Shown here: positions 1-10,754 of the stretch, one piece after another
Position numbering within the stretch: position 1 is the first letter of the stretch
Layout: every line of letters begins with the position of its first letter
From: Bacilli bacterium
Lineage (GTDB): Bacteria; Bacillota_I; Bacilli_A; JBKEDG01
DNA length: 58,514 bases
NCBI GenBank assembly: GCA_047973085.1
Contig: JBKEBI010000047.1
Location: forward strand, 1-58,514
Direction of reading: 5' to 3'
Translations under genes and position numbers: made by a program
Notes under the pieces: model-generated
The model's database searches: none
What the model saw: only the letters and a program-made list of their open reading frames with translations
What the model was told of the DNA's origin: nothing

Positions 1-120
1 CTTAAAGAAAATGGCACAGAGGGTATAGGAAATATTAGTGAAATATGCATATAAATATAACAAAAGCATTGGAATTCATCCACATAGGATAAATATCAAT
101 GCTTTTTGTCTACAGTCTGA
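1..120 (+). mobile_element. Probable right end of an IS1182-family insertion sequence (transposase C-terminus plus terminal repeat), truncated by the window edge
   Basis: Frame 2 (2-28) reads LKKMAQRV-stop, resembling the NLKK(M/L)A tail of IS1182 transposases. TTTGTCTACAGTCTG at 105-119 resembles recalled IS1182-type ends. It abuts a palindrome at 120-142. Confidence 0.55.
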
Positions 121-147
121 GTTTACTTTTTATAAAGTAAACTTTTT
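120..147. terminator. Hairpin downstream of dps
   Basis: AGTTTACTTT-TAT-AAAGTAAACT-type inverted repeat followed by a T-run. Confidence 0.5.
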
Positions 148-163
148 AAGAAATCCTAGTATA

Positions 164-598
164 TTATTTTTTCATTGACTGTACAAACCAAAGATTTTTA
201 GTAAACTCACCTATGTAATCTTCACACATACCAACAGTAATGAAGTCATCGTCACTATTTGCTAATTCTCTTAATTGTGTAAATTCTTTGATTAAATATA
301 CAAAAGTTTTTTCTACATAGTTAAGAACTTCTTTTGCTGTATAGTCCTTATTATCTAATTCTGAAATACAAGTTAAATTGCTATATTCTTTAACACTAGC
401 TGGTGGAAAATGACCTAACATTTTTAATCTTTCAGCTACTTCATCATATTTTTCAAAGAAATCAGTATATGCACCTTCTGTAAATTCATGAAGGGCAGCA
501 AATTCTACTCCTACGACATTCCAGTGTAAATTGTGAAACTTCACATTTAAAAAGTGTAAATCTGCAACTAATTGGTTTAATTTTGTAATTTTTTCCAT
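164..598 (-). CDS. dps: Dps family DNA-protection/ferritin-like protein
   Basis: HNLHWNVVG...LHEF...YDEVAER ferroxidase signature, 144 aa, AGGAGG RBS. Confidence 0.93.
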   Translation of the reverse strand: MEKITKLNQLVADLHFLNVKFHNLHWNVVGVEFAALHEFTEGAYTDFFEKYDEVAERLKMLGHFPPASVKEYSNLTCISELDNKDYTAKEVLNYVEKTFVYLIKEFTQLRELANSDDDFITVGMCEDYIGEFTKNLWFVQSMKK

Positions 599-618
599 AA
601 TAATTACCTCCTACATAT

Positions 619-647
619 ATTATACAATAATAAGAATTTCATATCAA
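619..647 (-). promoter_or_regulatory. Sigma-A promoter of dps
   Basis: TTGATA-17 bp-TATAAT on the minus strand just upstream of the RBS. Confidence 0.7.
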
Positions 648-744
648 CAGCTATGCTTAAAAATGCATCATGCTTTTAATATTGTTTTTATGATTTATTT
701 GCACTTTTTTTATAATGGAGTATAATAATAATAGAGGTGATAAC

Positions 745-1794
745 ATTTATGATAGAACAAAAACAATTCAAGTATCTGTAGGAAATGTAAAGATTGGTGG
801 AAACAATGAAATTGTGATCCAAAGCATGATTACTTCTCTTCCAAGAAATGTTAAATCTTGTGTAAGAGAAATAAAAGCTTTAGACGAAGTTGGATGCCAA
901 ATTGTGAGATTTGCTGTCCTAACAAAAGAAGATGCACTAGCAATAAAGGAAATAAAAAAATATGTTAATATTCCTTTGGTCGCAGATATTCATTTTGACT
1001 ATAAGCTTGCACTTGCTGCAATTGAAGCTGGAATTGATAAAGTGAGATTAAATCCAGGAAATATTGGTAGTGAAGAAAACGTAGTTAAAGTTGTTTCTGC
1101 GTGTAAAGAAAAAAAAATTCCAATTAGAATTGGAGTAAATGCTGGATCACTACCTAAAGATTTAGTTGAAAAGTATGGAAGAAATAGTGAAATTGCCTTG
1201 GTTAAAAGCGCCATACGTCATGTTGAAATTCTAGAAAAGCATGACTTTAAAGATATTATTATTTCTATTAAAGCAAGTGATGTAATTACTACAATTAAAG
1301 CATATAAATTAGCTGCAGAAACGTTCAACTACCCTCTTCATTTAGGTCTTACAGAAGCGGGAACTGATTTTAGCGGTACGATCAAATCATCTATTGCTCT
1401 TGGTACAATTTTAAATGAGGGAATTGGTAATACTATAAGAGTCTCACTTAGTACAAGCCCTACTGAAGAAATAAAAGTTGCTAAAGAAATATTAGGAGCT
1501 CTTAATTTATATACAAAACCAAAACTAGTTTCTTGTCCAACGTGTGGTAGATGTGAAATAGATTTAATTAGCATTGCAAAAGAAGTTGAAAATCACCTTT
1601 CTAATATAAATAAAGATGTTACTGTTGCAGTTATGGGGTGCGTAGTTAATGGGCCTGGAGAAGCAAGCGAAGCAGATATAGGTATTGCAGGGGGTGGAGC
1701 TAATGCAATTCTATTTAAAAAAGGAAAGAAAATTAGAACAATTTCAAGTGAAAATATTTTAAAAGAACTGCTAGCTGAAATTGACAAGCTATAA
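745..1794 (+). CDS. ispG: 4-hydroxy-3-methylbut-2-en-1-yl diphosphate synthase (ORF track start 715; probable ATT start at 745)
   Basis: [37 protein letters not shown] and [11 protein letters not shown] motifs. Confidence 0.96.
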   Translation: MYDRTKTIQVSVGNVKIGGNNEIVIQSMITSLPRNVKSCVREIKALDEVGCQIVRFAVLTKEDALAIKEIKKYVNIPLVADIHFDYKLALAAIEAGIDKVRLNPGNIGSEENVVKVVSACKEKKIPIRIGVNAGSLPKDLVEKYGRNSEIALVKSAIRHVEILEKHDFKDIIISIKASDVITTIKAYKLAAETFNYPLHLGLTEAGTDFSGTIKSSIALGTILNEGIGNTIRVSLSTSPTEEIKVAKEILGALNLYTKPKLVSCPTCGRCEIDLISIAKEVENHLSNINKDVTVAVMGCVVNGPGEASEADIGIAGGGANAILFKKGKKIRTISSENILKELLAEIDKL

Positions 1795-2403
1795 TTGCTG
1801 TAGTAGTTCTACTAGAGTCTCAGCAGCTTCGATGCATGCTGCATCTTCACTTGCCTCATAGTTCAAGTGATTATCTTCTTCAAATACAAGATCACTTACA
1901 GCACGTATTATAACAAAATCTCTATTCAAATTATAACAAGTTTGTGCAATTGCACAGCTTTCCATATCAACAGCACTATAGTCACTATAATACTTTTTAA
2001 ATAAAGACTTTTGAGAAATTGTTGCAAATGTATCTTGAGAGGCAATCTTTCCTTCTACTGCCCTACTAAATTTAAAATTGTTTTCTAATGCTTTGTAAAC
2101 AACAGGCATACCAGGTAGCTGGCCTATTTCGTATCTTGTAAAACATGAAAGATCCACATCACTATACTTAAGTTCTGTTGCATAATATACATCTAATATT
2201 TTTGAATTATTTATTCCTCCAGCAACACCACAATTAATAATAAAATCACACTTATCTACAAAAATTGCTGACGCTGTTGTAGTTGCAGCATTTACCTTTC
2301 CAATACCACATTGATATAGTTTAAGTTCATGTATTGTATTTATTTTTAGTTTTTCAAATGCCATTTTTTCATTTTCCATTGCAAATATGATTCCTATTCT
2401 CAT
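1789..2403 (-). CDS. mtnN: 5'-methylthioadenosine/S-adenosylhomocysteine nucleosidase
   Basis: [20 protein letters not shown] and IRAVSD motifs. Confidence 0.88.
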   Translation of the reverse strand: MRIGIIFAMENEKMAFEKLKINTIHELKLYQCGIGKVNAATTTASAIFVDKCDFIINCGVAGGINNSKILDVYYATELKYSDVDLSCFTRYEIGQLPGMPVVYKALENNFKFSRAVEGKIASQDTFATISQKSLFKKYYSDYSAVDMESCAIAQTCYNLNRDFVIIRAVSDLVFEEDNHLNYEASEDAACIEAAETLVELLQQL

Positions 2404-2485
2404 TATATTACCTACTTTCTCTTAATGCTATATTAATTATATCACAATATAATTTTGTATGATATAATATATTTGAGGTGATATT

Positions 2486-2887
2486 ATGGACTGTTTATTT
2501 TGTTCAATTATAAAAAAAGAAATTCCTGCAAAAATCGTGTACGAAGATAAAAATGTTTTAGCATTTTTAGATATTTCTCCTATTGCAGATGGGCACACTC
2601 TTGTTATTCCTAAAAAACATTACAAAGAACTAAAAGAAATACCTAAAGAAGAGTACACAAAATTAATTCAAGCAATAAAAAAAATATATCCTATAATTGA
2701 GCAAGTAACCAAATGTGATGGACTTCATTTGTTAGAAAATTTTGGAATTGCTCAAGAAATAAAACATATCCACTTTCATATTATTCCGACATATGAAAAT
2801 CATAAAGTAATTAAATTTAGTAGAATTGGAAATACAGATAATTTAGAAAAACTGGAACTTAAAATTAAAAATGCAATAAAAAAATAA
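2486..2887 (+). CDS. HIT family hydrolase
   Basis: DCLFC N-terminus, [15 protein letters not shown] histidine triad. Confidence 0.92.
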   Translation: MDCLFCSIIKKEIPAKIVYEDKNVLAFLDISPIADGHTLVIPKKHYKELKEIPKEEYTKLIQAIKKIYPIIEQVTKCDGLHLLENFGIAQEIKHIHFHIIPTYENHKVIKFSRIGNTDNLEKLELKIKNAIKK

Positions 2888-2908
2888 GATTGAGAAAATT
2901 TCTCAGTC
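2888..2908. terminator. Probable bidirectional terminator between the convergent HIT and ABC permease genes
   Basis: GATTGAGAAA-A-TTTCTCAGTC inverted repeat. Confidence 0.55.
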
Positions 2909-3685
2909 TTATTTTATATCTCTTTTATTTAATATAATGTTTCCTAAAACTACAAGTACTATTGCAATTATAACATAGTAAATAACATATATAATGTTAA
3001 AATCATTAATAATATTACTATAGCTAAATGCATAAAATGGAGTAATATAACTAAAATTAATTTCTTTTAGTTCACCATATGTTCTAATTAGAAAAAGGAT
3101 TGTAACAATTCCCGCACTAGCAACAGTAGCAAATCTGTTGTTTTTTAAGCTACTAAAGAATAAACCAATAGCAAGAGCTAAAATACATATAACATACTGC
3201 AATATACCTAGTAATATAAACTCATCAAATAATTCATATTGCGTTTTTAGTATTAAATAATTTGCTCCTATTACAAAAATATTAAGTAAAGTAATACTTA
3301 CAAATGCAACAATTAGCTTAGTAAAATATACTTTACTTCTGCTTACAGGTCTTGTAAAAATAAACTCACTAGTCATTAAATCTTCTTCCTCATAAATAAT
3401 TTTACTTCCAAGAATACCAGCATAAATACCTATAATTATTGTAATATACAATGAAACTACTGAAAAATAGCCTCCAATTGTTGTAATATCTATATCATTC
3501 ATTCCATATACTACTTTTATTACTCTTGGAAAACTATCCATTAATTGCTTAGTTCCTTCTACATCTGATGCAAAAGTATCATATTTTGTAAGTGATGCAA
3601 ATAGAAAAAATGTAAGAAAAATAGTCCATATAATTATTACCTTTACTTTGCTTTTAAAATAAAATTTAAACATATTATAGCACAT
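2909..3685 (-). CDS. ABC-2 type exporter permease
   Basis: Multiple TM segments, EFIFTRPVSRSK motif, KRDI C-terminus; in an operon with an ABC ATPase. Confidence 0.85.
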   Translation of the reverse strand: MCYNMFKFYFKSKVKVIIIWTIFLTFFLFASLTKYDTFASDVEGTKQLMDSFPRVIKVVYGMNDIDITTIGGYFSVVSLYITIIIGIYAGILGSKIIYEEEDLMTSEFIFTRPVSRSKVYFTKLIVAFVSITLLNIFVIGANYLILKTQYELFDEFILLGILQYVICILALAIGLFFSSLKNNRFATVASAGIVTILFLIRTYGELKEINFSYITPFYAFSYSNIINDFNIIYVIYYVIIAIVLVVLGNIILNKRDIK

Positions 3686-4460
3686 CCTTTTTCTTATACA
3701 TAGTTAGTGAAATCACGTATAATACTACCCCAAATGTAAATAGTATTGCTAAAGTAACAAAATTATACCCTTCACTTATAATCGCATTTAAATCAAATAT
3801 ACCATAGATAGATAAATATGCTAATTTTGATTCATCAAGAATAGTAGCAAGTATATTAATAAAATAAAAACTAAAAGCAATAATAAATCCTACTCCATCA
3901 TACCCTCTAATTTTATTAAATTTAATAGCAAATATTGAAGTAATTAGTGTCGCTACAATCATAATGATATATATTGTTAACTGTTGAAGTAAAAAATTAA
4001 TAAAGCTCATATCACTTAATACTTTAATAATAATAAAATCTATTATAGATAAAAGAATAAAGAAAATTCCATTTAATAATACAATGCTAATAATTTTAGC
4101 ATTAAAAAATGTAGCTCTAGATCTCGGCTTAGATAAAATAAATTCAATACTTTTATTTTTGTATTCTTTACAAAATATCTTAAGTGTAAGCGTGGCTGAA
4201 AATGCAAAGGCAATCAATTGTAGAAAACCTAAAACCATAGGATAATAACTTTCCATTTTAGAAATACTATTTACATTGATATTTAAAACTCTTAACATCT
4301 CTTCTGGATATGAAGATAACAATTTTTCAACATCAAAAGCAGCTTCACTAAATGAAGGATAGACACTTAGGTATACAACTGAAATCAATGCTGGAATCAT
4401 CAACCAAATTAAAAGTGAAGAAATATTTTTTTTGAATTCAAATTTAATAATATTACCCAT
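3675..4460 (-). CDS. ABC-2 type exporter permease (likely start MGNIIK at 4460)
   Basis: EFILSKPRSR motif, TM segments, KKDV C-terminus; overlaps the ATPase stop. Confidence 0.85.
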   Translation of the reverse strand: MGNIIKFEFKKNISSLLIWLMIPALISVVYLSVYPSFSEAAFDVEKLLSSYPEEMLRVLNINVNSISKMESYYPMVLGFLQLIAFAFSATLTLKIFCKEYKNKSIEFILSKPRSRATFFNAKIISIVLLNGIFFILLSIIDFIIIKVLSDMSFINFLLQQLTIYIIMIVATLITSIFAIKFNKIRGYDGVGFIIAFSFYFINILATILDESKLAYLSIYGIFDLNAIISEGYNFVTLAILFTFGVVLYVISLTMYKKKDVL

Positions 4461-5328
4461 AGTAGTGCATAAAGATATCTTCCAAATCAGGCTCATTTAT
4501 TACTAAATCTGCGATATCAACCTTTCTTAATAGTTTTAATAAATCATTCAAATCACCTGTATAAGTAAATTTTATATTATTATCCTTTTTACTGAAATCT
4601 TTAATATCCTCTTCACTAAATAAATTTTCAGTAATTTCACTATTTACAATCAAATCTACATATTTAATATTTATGTTAGTAAGATTTTTAATTGTTTCAA
4701 TAGCTACAATTTCACCCTCTTTAATTATTGCAACACGATCACACATTCTTTGAACTTCACCCAAAATATGTGAAGAGAACAACACTGTAGCCCCTCTCAT
4801 ATTTTCTTCTTTAATTAAATCAAAAAACTTTTGTTGCATTAGTGGATCAAGTCCTCCAGTTGGTTCATCTAAAATTATTAATTTTGGACTGTGTAGAAGT
4901 CCTTGAATTATACCTACTTTTTTCTTATTACCATAACTCATACTATCTACTTTCATATTTAAATCTAGATCGAGATAGTTCGCCAGATACTTAATACGTT
5001 CTTCAAAATTTCCATCATAAAAACTTGCAGAGTATTTAAGTAAATCTATAGCTTTAGTTTTATCATAGTAAAAAACTTCCGAAGGTAAATACCCTATATC
5101 ATTCAACACTTCAACAAGACTATTCTCAATATTTTTACCAAAAATAGCTATACTACCTTCATTTGACTTAATCAACCCAAGCATTGCTCTAATAGTAGTT
5201 GATTTTCCTGCACCATTTGGCCCGATAAAACCAAATACTTCTCCTTCTTCTACATTTAGGGAAACATTCTTAATTCCTCTTGCTTTTCCGTAAAACTTAG
5301 TAAGATTTTTAATTTCTATTGTATTCAT
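4453..5328 (-). CDS. ABC transporter ATP-binding protein
   Basis: Walker A GPNGAGKST, Walker B IILDEPT, H-loop SSH. Confidence 0.95.
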   Translation of the reverse strand: MNTIEIKNLTKFYGKARGIKNVSLNVEEGEVFGFIGPNGAGKSTTIRAMLGLIKSNEGSIAIFGKNIENSLVEVLNDIGYLPSEVFYYDKTKAIDLLKYSASFYDGNFEERIKYLANYLDLDLNMKVDSMSYGNKKKVGIIQGLLHSPKLIILDEPTGGLDPLMQQKFFDLIKEENMRGATVLFSSHILGEVQRMCDRVAIIKEGEIVAIETIKNLTNINIKYVDLIVNSEITENLFSEEDIKDFSKKDNNIKFTYTGDLNDLLKLLRKVDIADLVINEPDLEDIFMHYYG

Positions 5329-5378
5329 ATTTTCACCTCATCATCATTATATCATATAAAAAAAAAGAGACAAATATA

Positions 5379-6242
5379 TTATGTCTCATCAATACTTGGT
5401 GATGTAAAGTTACCAAAAACTTTTGCAGATTTTGTAACATTTATAAACGCATTTTCATCATATTTTTTAACAAGTTCTAGTACAGATGTAAGTTCAAAAC
5501 TTGTAACAACAATATATAAGAGTTGTCTTTCCATTCTTGTATATCCACCTATTGCTGGAATGATCGTAACACCTCTTGGAGATTTTTCTTGAAATTCATT
5601 GATTAAGCCTTCAGCATTAGATGTGTTAATCGTTATAGTAAGTTTTTGATAGCGCGTATGTAGTCTGTCAGTAACAACACTAGCAGTGTATGAACCAATT
5701 AAAGTGTATAACACAATTTCCAAATCAAACAGTAAAGCTGTTAAAGTAAGTACAACAATATTAAAAATTAGAGCTATAAACCCTATTGGCCTCCCTGTTC
5801 TCTCAGCAAAATAAAGTGAAATAATATCAGCACCTCCTGCACTACCTCCAGCTTGAAGCATTAATACCACTGCAAATCCTGTAAGAAGTCCACCAAAAAG
5901 TGACATTATTAATTTATCTGATGAAATCATTTGAATATTAGGTAAGATTTCTGAAAACATTGAAACAAATATTACTGATATAATTGTGTAAAATGTAAAT
6001 CGTTTTCCCAACTTAAACCAACTTAAAAAAAGTAGAGGAACGTTAAAAATAAAGTACAGAATACCAAAACTTATAAATCCATTTGTAACTGTTTCTATAA
6101 TTAGAATGATACCCATCAAACCACCTGTATATAACCCTACTGGTGATATAAAATACTTTACTGATGAAGCTAGTAAAAGTGATCCTACTATCATTAAAGT
6201 CATTTTTTTTAAATTAAAATATTTCTTAATCGTATTCAACAT
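5379..6242 (-). CDS. YitT family membrane protein (likely start 6242)
   Basis: GLYTGGLMG, GGSAGGADI, GVTIIPAIGGYT and DENAFI motifs. Confidence 0.85.
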   Translation of the reverse strand: MLNTIKKYFNLKKMTLMIVGSLLLASSVKYFISPVGLYTGGLMGIILIIETVTNGFISFGILYFIFNVPLLFLSWFKLGKRFTFYTIISVIFVSMFSEILPNIQMISSDKLIMSLFGGLLTGFAVVLMLQAGGSAGGADIISLYFAERTGRPIGFIALIFNIVVLTLTALLFDLEIVLYTLIGSYTASVVTDRLHTRYQKLTITINTSNAEGLINEFQEKSPRGVTIIPAIGGYTRMERQLLYIVVTSFELTSVLELVKKYDENAFINVTKSAKVFGNFTSPSIDET

Positions 6243-7302
6243 AAGTTTCATCCTTCCCTTCAAATTCAACATTTGTTATGTTATTAAATTTTTTTGTAAT
6301 TTTGTTAGAAGTAATTGTAATATCTTCTATATCCTTGTTAACTGATTTTATACTGCGACTCAGTTTATCAAAACGAACTGAATATCTATCAAACTCAACA
6401 CTTAACTTCTGTAACTCATCTTGAATAACTTTAGTATGCTTATCACGTTCAATATTTCTTATTACAACTTGAATTGTTGTTAGAGTAGCAATAAGAGTTG
6501 TTGGTGAGGTAATCCATACATTTTTTTTATTTGCATATTCAACAATATCCAAACAATATGACTGCATATATGCAAATACAGCTTCAGCTGGTAAAAACAT
6601 GATTGCCTGACTTGTTTCACCAGGAATAATATATTTACTTGCAATATCATCAATATGCTTCTTTAAGTCGTTCTTGAAAGATTGTAAATGTAATTTAAAG
6701 TCAGTATCCACACTACTATCAACAGCTCTTCTGTAATTTTCAAGAGGAAATTTTGAATCGATTCCAATTTTATTTAGTGGTTCAGGTGCAAACAAAATTG
6801 CATCTACCCTACTCCCAGTATGAAAAGAATATTGTAATCTGTAAATTTTATCATTTGATCCAAAAATAGAATACAAAATATTTTTTAATTGAACTTCACC
6901 AAAACTTCCACGCGCTGTTTTATCAGATAAAATAGACTGTAAACTAACAATATCTGTAGATAAATTTTCAATCTTTTTTTGTGCTTCATCTATTTTACTG
7001 AGACGTTCTACAATAGAAGTAAAAGTATCATTTGTCTTCTTAAAGTTCTCACTAATTTTATTGTTCAATGAATTATTAATATTATATAATTGATCATTTA
7101 AAAGTTTTGACATTGTATTATAACTCTGCTGTATTTGTTGTTCCATATTTGATTTTATTTCATTATTGTTTTTATAAATATTTAACTCAAATTTACCTAG
7201 TGTCTCAATTATAGAATCATTATTTTTACTTATAGATTTAATTAAAAGTAAAACTTGTAAAATCACAATTATAATCAAAACTAAAACAATTATTATATCC
7301 AT
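6226..7302 (-). CDS. rmuC: DNA recombination protein RmuC
   Basis: N-terminal TM and coiled coil, RGSFGEVQL, IDSKFP, MFLPAE, SPTTL. Confidence 0.92.
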   Translation of the reverse strand: MDIIIVLVLIIIVILQVLLLIKSISKNNDSIIETLGKFELNIYKNNNEIKSNMEQQIQQSYNTMSKLLNDQLYNINNSLNNKISENFKKTNDTFTSIVERLSKIDEAQKKIENLSTDIVSLQSILSDKTARGSFGEVQLKNILYSIFGSNDKIYRLQYSFHTGSRVDAILFAPEPLNKIGIDSKFPLENYRRAVDSSVDTDFKLHLQSFKNDLKKHIDDIASKYIIPGETSQAIMFLPAEAVFAYMQSYCLDIVEYANKKNVWITSPTTLIATLTTIQVVIRNIERDKHTKVIQDELQKLSVEFDRYSVRFDKLSRSIKSVNKDIEDITITSNKITKKFNNITNVEFEGKDETYVEYD

Positions 7303-7312
7303 TTTTATTCAC

Positions 7313-7909
7313 CTACTTTAAATTAACTTTCTTTTCAAAAATCTTACCAGTTACATATGCAACTATAACTAAAATTACTGGATAAATCAATGCAGAATAG
7401 CTCCCATTTTCCAATGCTTTGCTGACTGTAACCCCTACTAACGATAAATATGCAACCATAAAGAAATTTCCAATACCAAGAGCAATTAAATACATTCTTT
7501 TACTAATATCACTAAATGCTGCAGCTAAATTAACAAAAAAGTAAGGGAAAAATGGTAATGATAAAATTATTAATAATGAAGAAAAACTTCTTCTACTAAA
7601 CCATCTCTCAAATCTTAAAATTTTTGATTCTTTTTTTAATTTTTTTACAACTCTAGGTTTTATGATAAAACGTAAAAAAATGAAAACTGTATACGCACCT
7701 AAGTAATGTCCTACAAAAGATATCAAAAAGCCTATAACCATACCAAAAGATGTAACATTGGCAATTACTATTGCAAAAATAGGTAAAGGTGGAAATATAT
7801 TCTCAACAAAACTGAGAATAAATCCACCTAATAATCCTAATTTTTCAGTATAAAACTCAACTAGTTCAAGATATGAGTTTTCAAAAAGCATACTACTTAT
7901 TAACTTCAT
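7313..7909 (-). CDS. TVP38/TMEM64 (DedA/VTT) family membrane protein
   Basis: ENIFPPLP and LPFFPYFFVN motifs, hydrophobic. Confidence 0.8.
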   Translation of the reverse strand: MKLISSMLFENSYLELVEFYTEKLGLLGGFILSFVENIFPPLPIFAIVIANVTSFGMVIGFLISFVGHYLGAYTVFIFLRFIIKPRVVKKLKKESKILRFERWFSRRSFSSLLIILSLPFFPYFFVNLAAAFSDISKRMYLIALGIGNFFMVAYLSLVGVTVSKALENGSYSALIYPVILVIVAYVTGKIFEKKVNLK

Positions 7910-9143
7910 CTTTTATCCTTTTTACTTTAGCTGCTAAGCCATAGACTAACTCTGTGGGAATAGAACTAACAGCAAAACGTACTAAGTTTCCTGGCAATGG
8001 AATTGTATAAATATGATTTTCCATAAGTGCTTCAAAAACTTCATGACTACAGTTTGGTAAAGTTATAAAAAATCCTGATTTATAAGGGAGAGTTTCAAGC
8101 CCACATTCACTTGCTTCTTTCACAAAAATTTCTCCACGTTTACTAAGAAGTTTAACAGCTCTTTCAAGTTCATATTCAAACTCTTTTTTTGCCACTTCAT
8201 CATTTACAAGTTCTACAATAGTTCTGATTCCCAAATGGGAAGTACTAGACCATCTCCCTCGGGAACTAAATGAAATAATACGCTTAAACTCACTAATTAT
8301 TTCTTCATTTTTAGAAATTGCAAGCATTGCTCCTATTCTTATTCCATAAAATGATAAGGTTTTGCTTCCACTAAATGCGCAGATAATTAATAAATCTTGG
8401 TGCGCAGATTTAAATACGTCAAATGGCATACGACTAGCATCAAGTCCATCTTTATGATAATCAATATATGCCATATCATATAAAAGAGTTGTTGGAATTC
8501 CCTTTTCTGCATGTACATTTAATATTTTAATTACTCGTTCCCACTCTGATTGCTTTAATGTATAACCTGTAGGGTTTTGACATGGGTCATTAATTAAGAT
8601 TAGAATTTTTTCTTGAGAAATGGCAGCATTATCAACACATTTTTCAAAATCATCTAAATCAAAATTTCCATCACTATCAAATAAATTATATGTTTTTAAA
8701 TTTACATTTTGCTCTCTAGCCATAATTAAATATGGATCCCAGTAAACTTTTGGCACTAAAAAGTCATCATTTTCGTCTAAATAATTGGCAATAGTAGAAC
8801 TAATTGCCCCACTTCCTCCTGGGGTTGCACTTACTGCATAAAAAATATTATCTTTATAAAAATTATAATGTTGCCTAAAACTCCATTTTGCAATTGCCTC
8901 AGTGAAATCATCACCACCTGGTGTTGAAGTATATGGTAAATACTGAATTGGTTTTAAATTATTTGAAATCTTTAAAACTGAATCAAAATATGTAAAACTT
9001 GTATCATCTTCATAAAGCATCCCAACAGTTGCATTTACAGCTTCATTATTAGTTTCACATGCTTTTCTTGCTTCTACTCCAATCTTTAAAATATCATTTG
9101 TTATCCTTTTATCCTTTGCCCTTTTTGCCGCTATACTATTCAT
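7893..9143 (-). CDS. PLP-dependent class I/II aminotransferase
   Basis: TPGGSGA, NDPCQNPTG, DMAY and SGSKTLSFYGIRIG (PLP lysine). Confidence 0.9.
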   Translation of the reverse strand: MNSIAAKRAKDKRITNDILKIGVEARKACETNNEAVNATVGMLYEDDTSFTYFDSVLKISNNLKPIQYLPYTSTPGGDDFTEAIAKWSFRQHYNFYKDNIFYAVSATPGGSGAISSTIANYLDENDDFLVPKVYWDPYLIMAREQNVNLKTYNLFDSDGNFDLDDFEKCVDNAAISQEKILILINDPCQNPTGYTLKQSEWERVIKILNVHAEKGIPTTLLYDMAYIDYHKDGLDASRMPFDVFKSAHQDLLIICAFSGSKTLSFYGIRIGAMLAISKNEEIISEFKRIISFSSRGRWSSTSHLGIRTIVELVNDEVAKKEFEYELERAVKLLSKRGEIFVKEASECGLETLPYKSGFFITLPNCSHEVFEALMENHIYTIPLPGNLVRFAVSSIPTELVYGLAAKVKRIKDEVNK

Positions 9144-9159
9144 TTTGTACCTCCATGCT

Positions 9160-9411
9160 CTACTCTTCTATTTGTTTTAGTATAAAAAATGGTGCATCAT
9201 AAGCACACACTTTTTTTAAATGATGTTTATGCTCACTTTCGAAACTTTTTTGATAAAAACCAGTAAGTCTAAGAATTCCCGCACTCAAATCTCCCAAAAT
9301 ATAATCATATTTACCATAAAGATCAACATATCTATTAGAAAAATCTTCCTGCCAATCATCAAACTTGTATATTTCTATTACTTCATATTGATTAACTAAC
9401 TCACTATTCAT
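9160..9411 (-). CDS. YutD/DUF1027-like protein
   Basis: KYDYILGD...LRLTGFY...CAYDAPFFIL pattern. Confidence 0.75.
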   Translation of the reverse strand: MNSELVNQYEVIEIYKFDDWQEDFSNRYVDLYGKYDYILGDLSAGILRLTGFYQKSFESEHKHHLKKVCAYDAPFFILKQIEE

Positions 9412-9937
9412 TGTTCACCTCCAATAAATTTTCAAGTTTTTTAAAAACCTTTTCAAAATAATTACTATATTCTCTCCCATTGTTTCCATAATTAATAAAT
9501 TGATTATTTTTAATCATAGACTTTAAAGTATCAAAATCAACATACTTATAATCAATAACTTCATCATTATCTATTTCAATATCTAAATTTTTACTTTTCA
9601 CAAAATAAATATACCCTATACCATTAAAATAGTTATTGGGTCTTATAATAAACTCAAGTTCAATATCTACTAAATCAATCGTTGCACCCATCTCTTCTTT
9701 TATTTCTCTAACAACACTAAAATCAACATTTTCGCCACTTGAAACAACACCAGTATGTGTTGCCCATTTACCAGCAGCCCATCTTCTATCATATCCTCGC
9801 TTTTGAATAAGAATTTTACCTTCTTCAACAATCCAAACATGAATAAATTTAAAAAACTCTCCTGTTTTTAACTTTTCTCCACGCTTAGCTGTTCTAATAA
9901 AATTAAGATTTTCATCAACAATATCAATTATTTCCAT
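9404..9937 (-). CDS. NUDIX hydrolase
   Basis: Nudix box GVVSSGENVDFSVVREIKEEMG, ILIQKR. Confidence 0.88.
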   Translation of the reverse strand: MEIIDIVDENLNFIRTAKRGEKLKTGEFFKFIHVWIVEEGKILIQKRGYDRRWAAGKWATHTGVVSSGENVDFSVVREIKEEMGATIDLVDIELEFIIRPNNYFNGIGYIYFVKSKNLDIEIDNDEVIDYKYVDFDTLKSMIKNNQFINYGNNGREYSNYFEKVFKKLENLLEVNNE

Positions 9938-10031
9938 ACATACCTCACACCACTAAGTATATTTTAACATAATACATAGTTGTTTTAAATACAAAATACT
10001 ATAAAAAAGAAAGATTTCTAAAAGAAACTTT

Positions 10032-10688
10032 CTATTTACTATTATATGAATTATTTACAACTGAAACTACCCTATCAAAGTAAATAATATTTCCGTTCTT
10101 ATCAGCTGGGTAACTAGCAACCATAGACTGGCTATTTTGTGCAATAATGTCATTGAAAGTATACTCACTATATGCAACAACATTATCTCCATCATAAAAT
10201 AATAGACCAATTGAAGTATTTTCAATAGAATTTGCTTCATAATTATTAACAGTAATTGTGACTTCTCTTCCATTATCTGTAGTTAAAACATCTAAAATAT
10301 TTGCATAACTTTCTTTGATATCACTGACTTCATAAATTGATTCAATTACAAATGAATTAGCATTGTCTGGAATATTAGAAAACTTTGTATTTACTTTCGC
10401 TAAATTATGCACAGACACAATTGTACTCTCTTCTTTGTTTATTTCTTCATCATTAGCATCATAATACGTTATTATTACCTCTATATTCACAATTTCATTA
10501 ACTGGGTTTATTAGCGTAACTAAAATTCCAGAGTCTTTAGTGAAAACATAACTACTTTCCACTTCGTTAATAGTAGCTTTTTCATCTTCTATTTCTTCTT
10601 CCTTATCAACTTCACTACTACCACATCCCACAAGGCCAATAATTATAAATACACTAAATATAGATAACATTATTTTACTTTTTTTCAT
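10032..10688 (-). CDS. Lipoprotein with two FxLYD-like beta domains
   Basis: Signal peptide with lipobox LVGC; repeated (Y/F)YD..N motifs (ITYYDAND, LLFYDGDN). Confidence 0.65.
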   Translation of the reverse strand: MKKSKIMLSIFSVFIIIGLVGCGSSEVDKEEEIEDEKATINEVESSYVFTKDSGILVTLINPVNEIVNIEVIITYYDANDEEINKEESTIVSVHNLAKVNTKFSNIPDNANSFVIESIYEVSDIKESYANILDVLTTDNGREVTITVNNYEANSIENTSIGLLFYDGDNVVAYSEYTFNDIIAQNSQSMVASYPADKNGNIIYFDRVVSVVNNSYNSK

Positions 10689-10754
10689 AGTTTAAATCTC
10701 CCTACATATTAATTATTACATATTAGCACATATTAACAAATTTTTCAATATTTG

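Noticed and set aside
625-647. Fur/PerR box in the dps promoter
   Set aside because: Only a loose match in very AT-rich DNA; plausible biologically but not supportable from the sequence.
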